DNA of 46,410 nucleotides from a virus (Duplodnaviria; Heunggongvirae; Uroviricota; Caudoviricetes): IMG/VR virus record IMGVR_UViG_2721755497_000002, positions 1 to 46,410 of that record; one strand, 5' to 3'. Shown piece by piece: positions 45,740 to 46,410 of this stretch (position 1 is its first letter; each line of letters starts with the position of its first letter). The notes under the pieces were generated by a model. It saw only the letters and a program-made list of their open reading frames with translations, ran no database searches and was not told where the DNA came from. The position numbers and the translations under genes were made by a program.

Positions 45740-46410
45740 TGCATGTCAGAAATTTTTCGTATTACACACCGGCAGAGCCGGATGTGGCGGGTGCGATATA
45801 CCTGAAATCTGAGGATGGTCAGGACTGGTATGAATGCCAGTCCAGGTTTGCGGAAGACACGCTGAAGGTGGTGTATGACAGCCGTGGTGTGATTACGGGA
45901 TATGGTAAGGATATTAAGTTGTTGTGGCCGGTGAACCAGAGTGTGGCTGAATTGCCGGACACACCGGAGAGTCTGAAAATTGACCTGAGCGGACGCTGGG
46001 GATTTGACGGGGAAAAAATCACCGACCTGCTGACGGCTGACAGAGCACGTGAACAGAAGGGGGCAGAAATAAATGCCTGGCGAAGTGCCATGGAAAATGC
46101 GGAGTATGTGTTTGAGTACAATGGACGGAAGTGGGACTACGGCAAGGTGACTCAGGTTCGTCTTGAGCCGTCGGTGGCAGCAGCAAAAGCGGGAATACTG
46201 CCGGAGGGATTTTTCTGGACAGATGCTGAAAATAACGACGTGCCGATGACAGCGGAAGCGCTGCTCGCGCTCAGCGCCGCGGCAGAAAAGGCGATGTTTC
46301 AGAAAGGGATGGAAATCCACATTCGCCAGCGCACTATGAAGAAAGAGCTGGAAAAGCTGACCAGTGCGGATGAAATACTGGCATATCCGGTTGGCTGGGA
46401 GATGAAATAA
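45736..46410 (+). CDS. Tail fibre assembly protein (Tfa-like chaperone)
   Basis: 224 aa; N-terminus MMHVRNFSYY...IYLKSEDGQDWYE resembles Tfa/P2 G family; stop at window end. Confidence 0.65.
   Translation: MMHVRNFSYYTPAEPDVAGAIYLKSEDGQDWYECQSRFAEDTLKVVYDSRGVITGYGKDIKLLWPVNQSVAELPDTPESLKIDLSGRWGFDGEKITDLLTADRAREQKGAEINAWRSAMENAEYVFEYNGRKWDYGKVTQVRLEPSVAAAKAGILPEGFFWTDAENNDVPMTAEALLALSAAAEKAMFQKGMEIHIRQRTMKKELEKLTSADEILAYPVGWEMK

Noticed and set aside
1-46410. Looked for CRISPR arrays, IS elements/transposases, and a recT/bet annealase
   Set aside because: No regularly spaced direct repeats with unique spacers, no transposase-like ORF or terminal inverted repeats, and no annealase-like ORF were seen; the only repeat families are the ori iterons, attL-proximal repeats and the paired hairpin units.

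Overview
Almost the whole window is one lambdoid prophage integrated at tRNA-Ser(CGA) (serU) beside the host gene mtfA; the left end (attL, int) is in the window and the right end lies beyond 46410. It is a mosaic, with a Qin/Rac-like early region and lambda-like morphogenesis genes. Order: mtfA | serU + attL | leftward early operon (int, xis, large DnaQ-like exonuclease, ydfD, dicB, dicF sRNA, ydfC/B/A) | ParE/RelE-like toxin-antitoxin pair plus cI-like repressor | operator region | cro-like, YdaT/CII-like, O-like initiator with internal iterons, DnaC-like loader, nin-like hypotheticals, hok, DUF968, rusA, Q | inverted three-gene membrane-protein operon | three tRNAs | lipoprotein with a TolA domain-III-like domain | paired hairpin repeats | nanS-p esterase | pinholin, SAR endolysin, Rz/Rz1 | AT-rich cos region | terS, terL, W, portal, protease-capsid fusion, U, V, G/GT, H, M, L, K, I, J | second hok-like gene | side tail fiber with an apparent frameshift | tail fiber assembly genes. 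No Shiga toxin genes, CRISPR array or IS element were found. The best candidates for an undescribed system are (1) the three-gene membrane-protein operon between Q and the tRNAs (16479..18026), (2) the TolA-like lipoprotein in the position Stx phages use for stx (18676..19104), and (3) the toxin-antitoxin pair in the lambda rexAB position (6623..7094). All homology calls are from reading the translations against remembered sequences, not from searches. Coordinates of features absent from the ORF track (tRNAs, dicF, ydfB, hairpins, small ORFs) may be off by 1-2 nt.
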